The notes beneath the pieces were generated by a model. It searched no databases and had not been told where the DNA came from. It worked only from the letters and a program-made list of their open reading frames with translations. This document shows positions 29,947 to 38,664 of a DNA stretch of 58,715 nucleotides, piece by piece. The translations under genes were made by a program, and so were the position numbers. Source of the DNA: Bacillales bacterium UBA7642 (GTDB taxonomy: Bacteria; Bacillota_I; Bacilli_A; RFN20; CAG-288); contig DLIM01000006.1 in NCBI GenBank assembly GCA_002483745.1, positions 18,193-76,907 on the forward strand. Direction: 5' to 3'. Position 1 is the stretch's first letter. Every line of letters begins with the position of its first letter.

Positions 29947-30881
29947 TGCACTTTGGCTCCCATAGGTAAAAGAATTGCTGCTAGAATCAAAACAATAACA
30001 AACTGATGAAGAAGATAAATCAGTAAAGTATGTCTTCCGATAAAGCAGAAAGGCTCAACTATCTTCTTATTAACTTTAGGGAACTTGGTTTTCTTTTCTT
30101 TCCCATACAAGACTTTTCCAAAGGCAATACCAACTAAGATAACACCGGCAAAGGGGAATATCGGCCACCAGTCGACAACATTCCCATAATATCCAAGGGC
30201 CGATAAGATAAAAGACCACGGGTTTTTCTCATACATCTTTATTGGTCCGCCGTAATAAACATCTACTGGCCAGTGGGTGAATAAACCATAACTGTTTTTA
30301 TATCCGATTTGGTTAAGTATGTTTCCTATTAAGAAAATCAGTATTCCTAAAGTGAGACAAGAAAAGCTGCTGATCTCTTTTTTAAGCACTTTCTTAAAGA
30401 ACAGTTCCACTAAAGAATAGATCAGTATGACTAAACCCATTAGGTTGATGACTCCAAAACAGATGAAGAGATCATCATCTAAGATATAGGAGGCTAACCA
30501 AGAACCTAAAGAAATGACTAGCCCTCCTAAAGATAGAAGGATCCCCCTTTTGATGTTGTTTTTGGATAGTTCGGTTGATATACCGCAGACGAACAAGAAG
30601 ACTCCTCCAAAAAAGGAGACTAGGTAATAATTAATAAAAGTATTATTAGTGATGCTAGTACAGAACTTCACGAAGTCGGCTAGATTCTTATGGTCTTCGA
30701 TTAGGTCAGAATAGTTTGTTATCACTAGAGGAAGGCTATTCAAGTCATAGCAGATATGGTAAAGGATTACTAAGATGATTGGTAGGCACCTTAAAAAATC
30801 CACTTCCCAGATTCTTTCTTTCTTCTTTTTCGGTAAAAGCCTGTTAGTTAGGACCTTATAATTGTTACCTATAATTAGCAT
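29931..30881 (-). CDS. DUF1624-family membrane acyltransferase-like protein (heparan-alpha-glucosaminide N-acetyltransferase-like)
   Basis: The RIWEVDFLRCLPIILVILYH N-terminal motif is typical of the family, and the protein is multi-pass. It overlaps the ligase gene by 16 nt. Confidence 0.6.
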   Translation of the reverse strand: MLIIGNNYKVLTNRLLPKKKKERIWEVDFLRCLPIILVILYHICYDLNSLPLVITNYSDLIEDHKNLADFVKFCTSITNNTFINYYLVSFFGGVFLFVCGISTELSKNNIKRGILLSLGGLVISLGSWLASYILDDDLFICFGVINLMGLVILIYSLVELFFKKVLKKEISSFSCLTLGILIFLIGNILNQIGYKNSYGLFTHWPVDVYYGGPIKMYEKNPWSFILSALGYYGNVVDWWPIFPFAGVILVGIAFGKVLYGKEKKTKFPKVNKKIVEPFCFIGRHTLLIYLLHQFVIVLILAAILLPMGAKVQWLSA

Positions 30882-31039
30882 TATTATCCTTTAGACTCTT
30901 TAATTTTAATCGTTTTAAGATAGTTGAGATACTAAAAGAGCGGAAATGCTTAATTATTGTAGTTGTATAGCATTGATAGTTATTAAAGTTGTTTCTAACA
31001 AATGTCATTATATAGTATAAATAAATCTTACCTATTCTA

Positions 31040-31068
31040 TTGTAATAAGTTTCCCTCAATATTATAAT
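31040..31068 (+). promoter_or_regulatory. Sigma-70-type promoter of the jetABC-like operon
   Basis: TTGTAA (31040-31045), an exact 17-nt spacer, then TATAAT (31063-31068), about 40 nt upstream of the TTG start. Confidence 0.55.
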
Positions 31069-31109
31069 TTTCTTAGATTAAATAAAATTGTGAAAGGCAG
31101 GAAGCCATC

Positions 31110-32597
31110 TTGACCCGTTTATTTGAAAAAATCCCCGAGGACCTCTTTAGTCCTTTATCGAGGAAGTATAAATCCATCTATGCTTTCAGTTTAATTAGCC
31201 TTTATCATCTTTTGAGACTTTATAAAACCGATATTAAAAAGACCGATTATGTCAATCTCTTAAAGTCGAAAGGCGAAGAAATCCTTTCGCTTTTTAATGT
31301 AGAGACTGATCAGCTTGATGATACTGATGATTCCGAAAAGATTGCTTTAGAGACAAAGATTCCTCTTGATGATACTGAGGCTCAGCTTAACGATAAAGTA
31401 AACTATATTGTCAGAAAGCTAGCTAAATTCGGTTGGTACATTATTTCCAAAAACCCCAAAAACAATGTCGAATATATTTTTATACCAGCTTATTCTATTA
31501 AGCTTTTACAGATTCTGGATGAACTGACAAGCGATATTGGATCCTACTTGCCTTTAGTCCATCAGACTTATGCTGAGCTGAAGATGGAAGATGAGAAGGA
31601 AGACGACTATATGTATCGCTCTCTTCTTAATGCTAGACAGAATGCTGATTCTATTGAAATGTCAGTCACTCTTCTAAGACAGCAGATCTGTGTCTTTGGA
31701 AACAAGCTTACTTCGGTATTAGATCCTAATGTGGCCCTCAAGCAGCATTTTGATGAATACCGTATTGATGTTTCTGATAAATATTATCATCCGATGAAGA
31801 CTTTCGATTCACTAGGTCTTTATTCTCAGCCGACTATCGCTATTTTAAATAAATGGCTGAAGTCTGAAAGAATCCTGACTCTCTTAGTCAGGGAAGCTAA
31901 GACTGAGCCTGCCAATAGAGAAAAAGAAGAAGCTGAGGTTGTTAAGGAAATCATCAAGACTATTCAGGATATCATTGATATCTTTTCCCGTATCACTTCT
32001 GCTTTCAATGATATTGATAGTGCTAACGCTAACTACACCGAAGCTGTTCAAAGAAAGGTCAATTACCTTTCTTCCACTGATAAGACGGTTAAAGGCAAGG
32101 TTGATAGGATTATTTTAGCTTTAGCTAATGAAATCAAATCCAATCCAGCTTTAACCTATGAGGAATTGCCGATTCTGTCAAAGGCTACTGATAGCTGCGC
32201 TTTTTATAGGCAAGGCTATATTGATTCCTTCTCTTTGACTATGCCTTTTAGAAGAAGCCAAATTGAAGAAAGCGAGCCTCTTCCTCTTGAAGACGATATT
32301 GATTTTGGCGAGCAGGCTGAGTTAATGAACCAGGTCTTTGATAATGAACTCAACCGTTTCTCCGATTCTGCTATCTTGGAATTCATTGATAACAATATGA
32401 AAGACAAGGATGAAATCACCACTTATGATGTAAAGATTGATAACACTGACCAGTTGGTCTTAATGATTTTAGGTATTCTTAAGGCTATGCTTGGTGTTAT
32501 TCCTTATCAGGCTACTAAGCTATCTGACCGCATCGAGTATTGCGGTTATTATATGCCACTCTATAAGTTCACCAGAAAGAAAAAAACAGTGAGGTAA
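31110..32597 (+). CDS. jetA: JetA/MksB-like kleisin subunit (MukF analogue) of an SMC-type complex
   Basis: First gene of a tightly coupled triplet whose 2nd and 3rd genes are recognisable as MukE-like and MukB-like. Size (495 aa) and helical composition fit JetA. The TTG start lies 5 nt after AGGAAG. The assignment is largely by position. Confidence 0.55.
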   Translation: MTRLFEKIPEDLFSPLSRKYKSIYAFSLISLYHLLRLYKTDIKKTDYVNLLKSKGEEILSLFNVETDQLDDTDDSEKIALETKIPLDDTEAQLNDKVNYIVRKLAKFGWYIISKNPKNNVEYIFIPAYSIKLLQILDELTSDIGSYLPLVHQTYAELKMEDEKEDDYMYRSLLNARQNADSIEMSVTLLRQQICVFGNKLTSVLDPNVALKQHFDEYRIDVSDKYYHPMKTFDSLGLYSQPTIAILNKWLKSERILTLLVREAKTEPANREKEEAEVVKEIIKTIQDIIDIFSRITSAFNDIDSANANYTEAVQRKVNYLSSTDKTVKGKVDRIILALANEIKSNPALTYEELPILSKATDSCAFYRQGYIDSFSLTMPFRRSQIEESEPLPLEDDIDFGEQAELMNQVFDNELNRFSDSAILEFIDNNMKDKDEITTYDVKIDNTDQLVLMILGILKAMLGVIPYQATKLSDRIEYCGYYMPLYKFTRKKKTVR

Positions 32598-32603
32598 AGA
32601 TTT

Positions 32604-33476
32604 ATGTTTATTGATGATTACAACAAAATGAGTCGCAGTGACAGAGACTTGTTCTCAGAAGCTGTGAATGACTTACTCTATCAGTGCTTCATTGTCAGAA
32701 AGTCCTACGACCGTAAAGGCAAGATGTTCAGGGCTGACCCTGATTATCTTTTCATCGAAAGACATTATTCCACGTTTGAGGATTATCTTTCTTATATGGA
32801 TATGCAGTTATCCAAAAACGACGAAGATGGTGTTATTTTCTTAACTTCCGGTGCTGAAAGAAACCATTTAAGAATCGATTCTGTCACTACTTTGATGGTC
32901 TATGCTCTTAGGTCTTACTATGAAGGAGCTATCAGCAAAGCCCCTGAAGAGACCGAAGTCATGATGACTTCCGGTGCTCTTAATTCCTTGGTTCAGGAAA
33001 TGGGCTTATCCAATCTTTCCAAGAGACTTTCTTCTTCGACGATTGCTTCTTCCTTAAGGACCTTGGATTCCTTCAATGTTGTTAGCAGAGCTAATGGCAC
33101 TTATGGTGATCCTAGTTATAGTTTCTTTATTATGCCGACTATTAGGTATGTCATCTCCTCTGAGAAGATGAATACTCTTTATACTTTCCTGACTAAAGGT
33201 CCCGAGACCGAAGAGTCCCCTAACCTCTTTGATATGGAGCAGAAACCTAATGATGAGACTGAAGAAGAGTCTCATGCTGGCTTTGCTTCTGCCTTGAAGA
33301 AGGCTTCAATTGAGGAGAGTGATACTCCAAATAGGACGGTTGATATTCCGGTCAATCCTGATATTGATCCTGCCGCTAAAGCTACTGACAATACTGCTAC
33401 TAACGATATTCCTGTCAGCAATGAAGGCGCTGGAGATGATGAAGGAACTGATAATAAAGAGGGAGGCAATAACTAA
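32604..33476 (+). CDS. jetB: JetB/MksE-like (DUF4194, MukE analogue) with a ~80-aa acidic low-complexity C-terminal tail
   Basis: The core ~210 aa follows the DUF4194 pattern (LFSEAVNDLLYQCFIVRK ... FEDYLSYMDMQLSKNDEDGVIFLTS ... LTTLMVYALRSYY). The tail is rich in D/E/N/T/P. Confidence 0.6.
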   Translation: MFIDDYNKMSRSDRDLFSEAVNDLLYQCFIVRKSYDRKGKMFRADPDYLFIERHYSTFEDYLSYMDMQLSKNDEDGVIFLTSGAERNHLRIDSVTTLMVYALRSYYEGAISKAPEETEVMMTSGALNSLVQEMGLSNLSKRLSSSTIASSLRTLDSFNVVSRANGTYGDPSYSFFIMPTIRYVISSEKMNTLYTFLTKGPETEESPNLFDMEQKPNDETEEESHAGFASALKKASIEESDTPNRTVDIPVNPDIDPAAKATDNTATNDIPVSNEGAGDDEGTDNKEGGNN

Positions 33477-36400
33477 TGAAAAGCTTAACTAAGCTTCGCC
33501 TCATCAATTGGCATTTCTTTTCCAATACTACTACTGATATCAAGAATATTACTTTCCTTACTGGTCCTAATGGTACTGGTAAGTCGACTATTATTGATGC
33601 TCTTCAAATTCTTATCTTAGGTTCTACTAGACCGGATAACTTCAATAAGGCAGCCAACGAAAAGGGTCGTTCAGGGAGATCTCTTTTATCATATTTGAGA
33701 GGTCAGACCGGTATTAAGGATGATGGCTCGGTTATGAACTTAAGAGAAGGCAGTTTCTCCTCTTATTTGGCTATTGAGATCTTCGATGATGTTGAAAAGA
33801 AGACCTTTACTTTAGGTGTTGTCTTTGATGTCGATTCCACTGATGCTATCGATAAGCATTACTTTTATCTTGATTCTCCTTTCCCGGAGAATGATTTCAC
33901 TAATTCCGATACCGAAACAGCGAAGTCGAAAATCCGACCGATGCGTTACCGTGAGCTTTCCAGTTATGTGAGAGCTAACTACAAAGTCAACCATTTCCGT
34001 TTCTTTGATTCGGATATCGATTATCAGGCCTTCACGAAGGTTGCTTTCGGAAACTTACCTGATAAGTACTTCTCCTTGCTCAAAAAGGCTGTCTCCTTCT
34101 CCCCTATCAGCGATATTTCTTCCTTTATCACTGAATATATCTGCGATGCTGATATCAATGTTGATATCACTCCGATGCAGAAGAATATCGAACAGTACAA
34201 AATCCTGGAATTAGAGGCCAAAAGACTTAAATCCAAGCAGGATACTTTGACTCAGATCCATGGTACCTATACCTCTTATCGCTCTTACGACAAGAAGATG
34301 GATATGCTGACCTATATCAATGCCAGAGTCTACTATGAAGAGAACAAGAAGAAGCTTGATACTTTGAACGAAAAGCTCAAGAAGAACAACGACCGTCTCT
34401 TTGCTATCACTAATCAGCTGAATCTTTTTGATACCCAGATGTCTGATCTAAGAAGTGATTTATCTTCCTATCAGGCTAAGAAGCTTCAATCAAGCAATTA
34501 TTCTTTGACAGAAAAGCTTTCTATGAAGAAGGAAAACATCACTAAGCAGATTACTTCTATCCAGATGTCGATTTCTTCTGTTATGACAAAGCTTGTCAAT
34601 TACTGCTCTGACTATAAGAAAACCTGCTCAGAATTCGCTCTTTATTATGCTCAGTTCAATTCCGAAAGATTAGGAAGCAAGATTTCCAAGAGTTTCAATG
34701 ATTTAGTCGAATTGGCTAAGGATGTCTCTAATGAAGCCAATGAACTATTGACTGAGGTTGATAATGACACAGTTGACTTCGATAATGTCAAAGCCTTTAG
34801 AAACGATATGGAGACTTTAAGGAACGAGACTCTCTCTCTCCGCTCTTTGCTTAACAACGAATTCTATGAAGTCTCCGATAATCTACAGTCTTTGCAGTCG
34901 GATTTAAGCGCAGTCAATCAAGGCAAGAAGCCTTTCGAGAAGCTTGGACCTAGCTATCTTGCTATTAAGGAAAGCTTAGAGACTAATCTAAGAAGCCGTC
35001 ATTCTGATGCTTATGTCCATATCTACTGTGATCTAGTCGATGTCAATGATCAAGAATGGGCTATGGCTCTTGAAGCTGTTCTTTATGGGCAGAAGTTCAA
35101 TTTCTTTGTCAATCCTCAGTACTATGAAGAAGCCAATAGGCTCTTAAAGGAACTGACTGATAACTATCATTTCTATCGTGTCTCCCTAGTTGATACTGAA
35201 AGACTATTGAGAGCTGATATTGTTCCTAATGATGATTCTATTGCAAACCTTATTGCTACTGAAGATGAGGGTGCTAGAGCCTATACGGACTATATCTTAG
35301 GTAGAATCAAGAAGTGCTCAACTTTTGAGGAAGCTAGAGCCTCCGGTTCCGGCTTGCTTTCTGACTGCACTGGCTATCGAGGCTATGCTACTTGGTATCT
35401 TAATAAGAACAATGCTTCGGTCTATTTCTTAGGAACTAAGGTTTCTAATGACACTAAGGCTCTTTCTGCTAAAGACTATCAGGATATGAATAAGCGTTAT
35501 TCCTTATTGTCCGAAGCTTTGAATAAGCTTCAGAACTTACTGACTTTGCCAGTAATGTCTATCGAGGAATGCAACACCTATCAAAGCGATATTGATCGTA
35601 CTAAGGATATTTCCGAATTACAGAATAACCTTTCCAATGTCGATTCTGAGATGCATGATGCCACCTTTGGGGATATGGCTGAAGTCGATAAGAAGATTAC
35701 TGCCTTGAACACTGATATTGCCACTATCTCTAAGGAAAGAGAGGATCTTCTTACTGAAAGAGGTTCTATCCTTAATGAGACTAACCGTCTCAATGCTGAG
35801 GAAATTCCTTTGGCCACTAAGAATCTTGCTGACTTCAAGAAACAGTTGGAATCCTTTGATGCCGATGTTGCTAACAAGGAATATGATCCTTTCTACAACA
35901 AGCTTTTCGATGAACAGCATATGACTCTAGCTCAGATCAGAGTCGAAGCTAGCCGCGAATATATTCAGGCTCAGAATAAACAGCGTCAGGATAAGGAAAA
36001 CCTGCTTAAACTGAGAACGGATTACTGCACCACTTATTCTCTCAACTATAATGTCATGAACGATAAAGACAATACCGAATTCGATAGTGAACTTGACAAT
36101 ATCTCTAAAGTCCAGCTACCGGAATATGAAAGCAAAATTGTCTCCGCTCATGAGCAGTCCATCAGAGAATTCAAGGATGACTTCATCTATAAATTAAGAA
36201 CGGCTATTGAGACTGTCAATTCTCAGATTACGGAGCTTAACAATGCTCTTGTCGATAGTCGCTTTGGCCGTGATGCCTATCAGTTCAAGGTTTCACCCAA
36301 TAAGGACTATATTGAATACTACAATATGATTATGGATCCGCTTCTCCTTAAAGCCGGTGATGCTGAGAATCTTTTCATGGAGAAGTATAAGACCACCATG

Positions 36401-36928
36401 GATGATTTGTTCGGCCTGATTTCTTCCTCGACTTCCGCTACTGGCGAACAGCGAGAGCAGATCTTAAAGAATGTCGAGACCTTCACTTCCTATACTACCT
36501 ATATTGTCTTCGATCTATTGGTTACCCGTGGTACTGGTCCTGAGGCCCAGACTATCTCCTTAGGAAGATCGTTCAAGTCTCAGTCTGGTGGTGAGACCCA
36601 GACTCCGTTCTATATCGCTATTTTAGCCTCCTTTGCTTCTTTGACTAGAGCTAATAACCCGAAAGACAACAATACCTTAAGACTGGTTATCTTCGATGAA
36701 GCCTTCTCCAAAATGGATTCAGCCCGTATTATGAAGTCGACTGACTTATTAAGACAGTTCGGCTTGCAGGCTATCTTATCGACTCCTAGTGAAAAGCTGA
36801 GAGACTTAGTCTCTTATGTTGATTTGATCTTAGTCACTATCCATGATGAGAAGAAGAAGAGAAGCGGACTTGATGTCTATGAGGAAAAGCCTAAAGACGA
36901 AAAGCCTGCTAATGGAAGTGCTAGCTGA
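33476..36928 (+). CDS. jetC: JetC/MksF-like SMC-family ATPase (MukB analogue)
   Basis: N-terminus LRLINWHFF...FLTGPNGTGKSTIIDALQILILG...RSLLSYLRG (Walker A, AAA_29-type). About 800 aa of coiled coil with a central non-coil segment. C-terminal signature QSGGETQ and Walker B LVIFDEAFSKMD. The start overlaps the jetB stop (TAATG) and GGGAGG lies upstream. Confidence 0.8.
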   Translation: MKSLTKLRLINWHFFSNTTTDIKNITFLTGPNGTGKSTIIDALQILILGSTRPDNFNKAANEKGRSGRSLLSYLRGQTGIKDDGSVMNLREGSFSSYLAIEIFDDVEKKTFTLGVVFDVDSTDAIDKHYFYLDSPFPENDFTNSDTETAKSKIRPMRYRELSSYVRANYKVNHFRFFDSDIDYQAFTKVAFGNLPDKYFSLLKKAVSFSPISDISSFITEYICDADINVDITPMQKNIEQYKILELEAKRLKSKQDTLTQIHGTYTSYRSYDKKMDMLTYINARVYYEENKKKLDTLNEKLKKNNDRLFAITNQLNLFDTQMSDLRSDLSSYQAKKLQSSNYSLTEKLSMKKENITKQITSIQMSISSVMTKLVNYCSDYKKTCSEFALYYAQFNSERLGSKISKSFNDLVELAKDVSNEANELLTEVDNDTVDFDNVKAFRNDMETLRNETLSLRSLLNNEFYEVSDNLQSLQSDLSAVNQGKKPFEKLGPSYLAIKESLETNLRSRHSDAYVHIYCDLVDVNDQEWAMALEAVLYGQKFNFFVNPQYYEEANRLLKELTDNYHFYRVSLVDTERLLRADIVPNDDSIANLIATEDEGARAYTDYILGRIKKCSTFEEARASGSGLLSDCTGYRGYATWYLNKNNASVYFLGTKVSNDTKALSAKDYQDMNKRYSLLSEALNKLQNLLTLPVMSIEECNTYQSDIDRTKDISELQNNLSNVDSEMHDATFGDMAEVDKKITALNTDIATISKEREDLLTERGSILNETNRLNAEEIPLATKNLADFKKQLESFDADVANKEYDPFYNKLFDEQHMTLAQIRVEASREYIQAQNKQRQDKENLLKLRTDYCTTYSLNYNVMNDKDNTEFDSELDNISKVQLPEYESKIVSAHEQSIREFKDDFIYKLRTAIETVNSQITELNNALVDSRFGRDAYQFKVSPNKDYIEYYNMIMDPLLLKAGDAENLFMEKYKTTMDDLFGLISSSTSATGEQREQILKNVETFTSYTTYIVFDLLVTRGTGPEAQTISLGRSFKSQSGGETQTPFYIAILASFASLTRANNPKDNNTLRLVIFDEAFSKMDSARIMKSTDLLRQFGLQAILSTPSEKLRDLVSYVDLILVTIHDEKKKRSGLDVYEEKPKDEKPANGSAS

Positions 36929-36950
36929 TTTTCAGCAAAGAAAGCAAACT

Positions 36951-36977
36951 AAAAGGAGGCATTAAGCCTCCTTTTTT
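36951..36977. terminator. Bidirectional rho-independent terminator between jetC and the convergent GH30 gene
   Basis: 10-bp stem aaaaggaggc/gcctcctttt with a 5-nt loop. The A-run and T-run arms allow termination in both directions. It begins 22 nt after the jetC stop. Confidence 0.8.
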
Positions 36978-37005
36978 GCTGATTGATATTGTTTGTTAAG
37001 ACTTC

Positions 37006-38301
37006 CTAAACTACTAAGGTTGCTAATTCGTTAGTCCTTAAGGAGAAATTGAAGACCCGGTCTTTAACGATGACATCAATTCTCTTTTCCGGCCCTTCGT
37101 TCAGCAGTTCTACGACAATACTGTTATCCGGATTTAAAAAGGCGGTGGAAAGAATGTTCTCTTTGCTTGTAGTCTCAATGTTGTAGGCATCTTTCTGGAT
37201 GAAGTGAGCAAAGTGATAGACTCCATAGAAAGAGCTGTTGACTCTTAGTTTTTTCCCTCTTTTCATGATTAAGGCTTCACAGTAGTTTCCAACATGGTTA
37301 GGACCGCCTTTTTCATCGAGAAGCAGGTTCCAATCAAAGAAAGCAGTAGCCCCGTTATTGCTGTCTAAAAGGTAGTTCTTGAAGTACCTAATGGCTCCAT
37401 CATAGTTGCCGATAGCTGAGGTGGGGTCTTCTCTATTGAGATTAAGGAGCTCTAGACAGCCCTCCGAGAAGATTAAGTCACGGTCAGGATAGGTGTCCTT
37501 TACTAGTTTTATCTGATCGTTTTGATAGCCTTCATACCAATGGTAGGCTAAACCCTTAAAGACTTTTTTGTCTTTGTCCAATGAGTAAAGCGTGTTTGCC
37601 CAATTCATCAGGTGATCACGATTGTGGTCATAGCCATAGATATCACACTCGGGAAGGTACTTCTTAACGATTGTTGCATACTGGTATTCCTCTTCAGGAG
37701 TGAAGAGACAGCTTTCCCAGGTCTGAGTGGCTTCCGGCTCATTTTGGACAGTGAGAGCGGAGATAGTCAATCCTTCCTTCTTCATGTTCTCAACATAGAG
37801 AGCAAGGTATTTAGCGGCCATATCGTAATATTCGGGAAGCAAAGTTCCGCCATGGCATTTATCCTGGTTGCTTTTGTATTTAGCTAAAGGCGACCAGCAA
37901 GAGGCTAGAAGAGTAAGATTGGTGACTTTATTAGCTTCCTTAATGAATGGAATGATCTCCATTCTGTCATGAACTAAAGTGAAATCCGAGAGATCATCTT
38001 CTCTGGCATAGTCATAGGGAGCAATAGAGAAATCACAGCTTCCGACTGTGGTCCTTCCTAAGTTATAGTGAAGACCTCTTCTAGAAAAGAGAATCTTCAT
38101 CACTAACAGTTGGTTCATTCGGTTAAGGGTGTAGTAGACATGAGCCGAACTTTCAGTAAAAGCACCTCCAAACCCCTTTATTTGCTGTCTTTTGACTGAT
38201 TGGTTGACATTTATAGTAGGGTAGGAAGCCTCTTTTTTGGAAAAAAGAATCTTTTTATGGAGCCGATAATCCTTACTGCTTCGATAAATATGAGCAATCA
38301 T
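37006..38301 (-). CDS. Glycoside hydrolase family 30 (glucosylceramidase-like), cytoplasmic
   Basis: IKGFGGAFTESSA N-terminal motif and VQNEPEA acid/base motif typical of GH30. There is no signal peptide. Confidence 0.75.
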   Translation of the reverse strand: MIAHIYRSSKDYRLHKKILFSKKEASYPTINVNQSVKRQQIKGFGGAFTESSAHVYYTLNRMNQLLVMKILFSRRGLHYNLGRTTVGSCDFSIAPYDYAREDDLSDFTLVHDRMEIIPFIKEANKVTNLTLLASCWSPLAKYKSNQDKCHGGTLLPEYYDMAAKYLALYVENMKKEGLTISALTVQNEPEATQTWESCLFTPEEEYQYATIVKKYLPECDIYGYDHNRDHLMNWANTLYSLDKDKKVFKGLAYHWYEGYQNDQIKLVKDTYPDRDLIFSEGCLELLNLNREDPTSAIGNYDGAIRYFKNYLLDSNNGATAFFDWNLLLDEKGGPNHVGNYCEALIMKRGKKLRVNSSFYGVYHFAHFIQKDAYNIETTSKENILSTAFLNPDNSIVVELLNEGPEKRIDVIVKDRVFNFSLRTNELATLVV

Positions 38302-38556
38302 TTAAATTTCTTTTCTCTACTTAAGTAAATTAAATATTCTTATTTTAACTATTGTTTAGCTAGTAGTGCAATTAAAGAAAGCAAAAAAGGCTAAATTGTA
38401 TCTTAAATTTAGGTTTCTTTTAGTAAAAAGTGTCAAAAGAAACTGCTTTTTTCCTATAAAGGTTTCTTGTTAAAAAATTAGTAGTAAAATAAAAACATAG
38501 AAAGGCTTTCAAACTCACCAGTCAGTTTTTACTTAAGATTTTCTGAAAGAAAGTCT

Positions 38557-38592
38557 CATATTTCACTTTTGTTAAAAAAGGAGTGAAATATG
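38557..38592 (+). repeat. Perfect 11-bp inverted repeat (catatttcact N14 agtgaaatatg) upstream of glgC
   Basis: Read directly from the sequence. The 3' arm overlaps an AAGGAG-ATG pair that opens only an 11-codon ORF. Confidence 0.6.
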
Positions 38593-38622
38593 GCAAGTAC
38601 TAGAGATATAATAATTGTAGTT

Positions 38623-38636
38623 TGAAAGCGTTTACA
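38623..38636 (+). promoter_or_regulatory. Catabolite-responsive element (cre) just downstream of a TATAAT box (38607-38612) ahead of glgCDA
   Basis: TGAAAGCGTTTACA matches every specified position of TGWAANCGNTNWCA. With the flanking T it also matches WTGNAANCGNWNNCW. It lies 29 nt upstream of the glgC ATG. Confidence 0.55.
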
Positions 38637-38664
38637 AGAAGCCAAGCAAAGGAGGCCTATCTTT

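Noticed and set aside
30865-31059. 64-aa minus-strand ORF in the intergenic region upstream of the jetA-like gene.
   Set aside because: It overlaps the 5' end of the DUF1624 gene and the promoter region. It has AT-rich, Asn/Tyr/Ile-biased composition and no RBS. The region is better explained as divergent promoters.
38590-38625. 11-codon mini-ORF (MASTRDIIIVV) with a strong AAGGAG SD upstream of glgC, considered as a leader peptide.
   Set aside because: The SD and ATG form the 3' arm of the 11-bp palindrome, and the best -10 box lies inside the mini-ORF. It may therefore never be transcribed as a 5' leader. I kept it only as a note within the glgC control-region finding.
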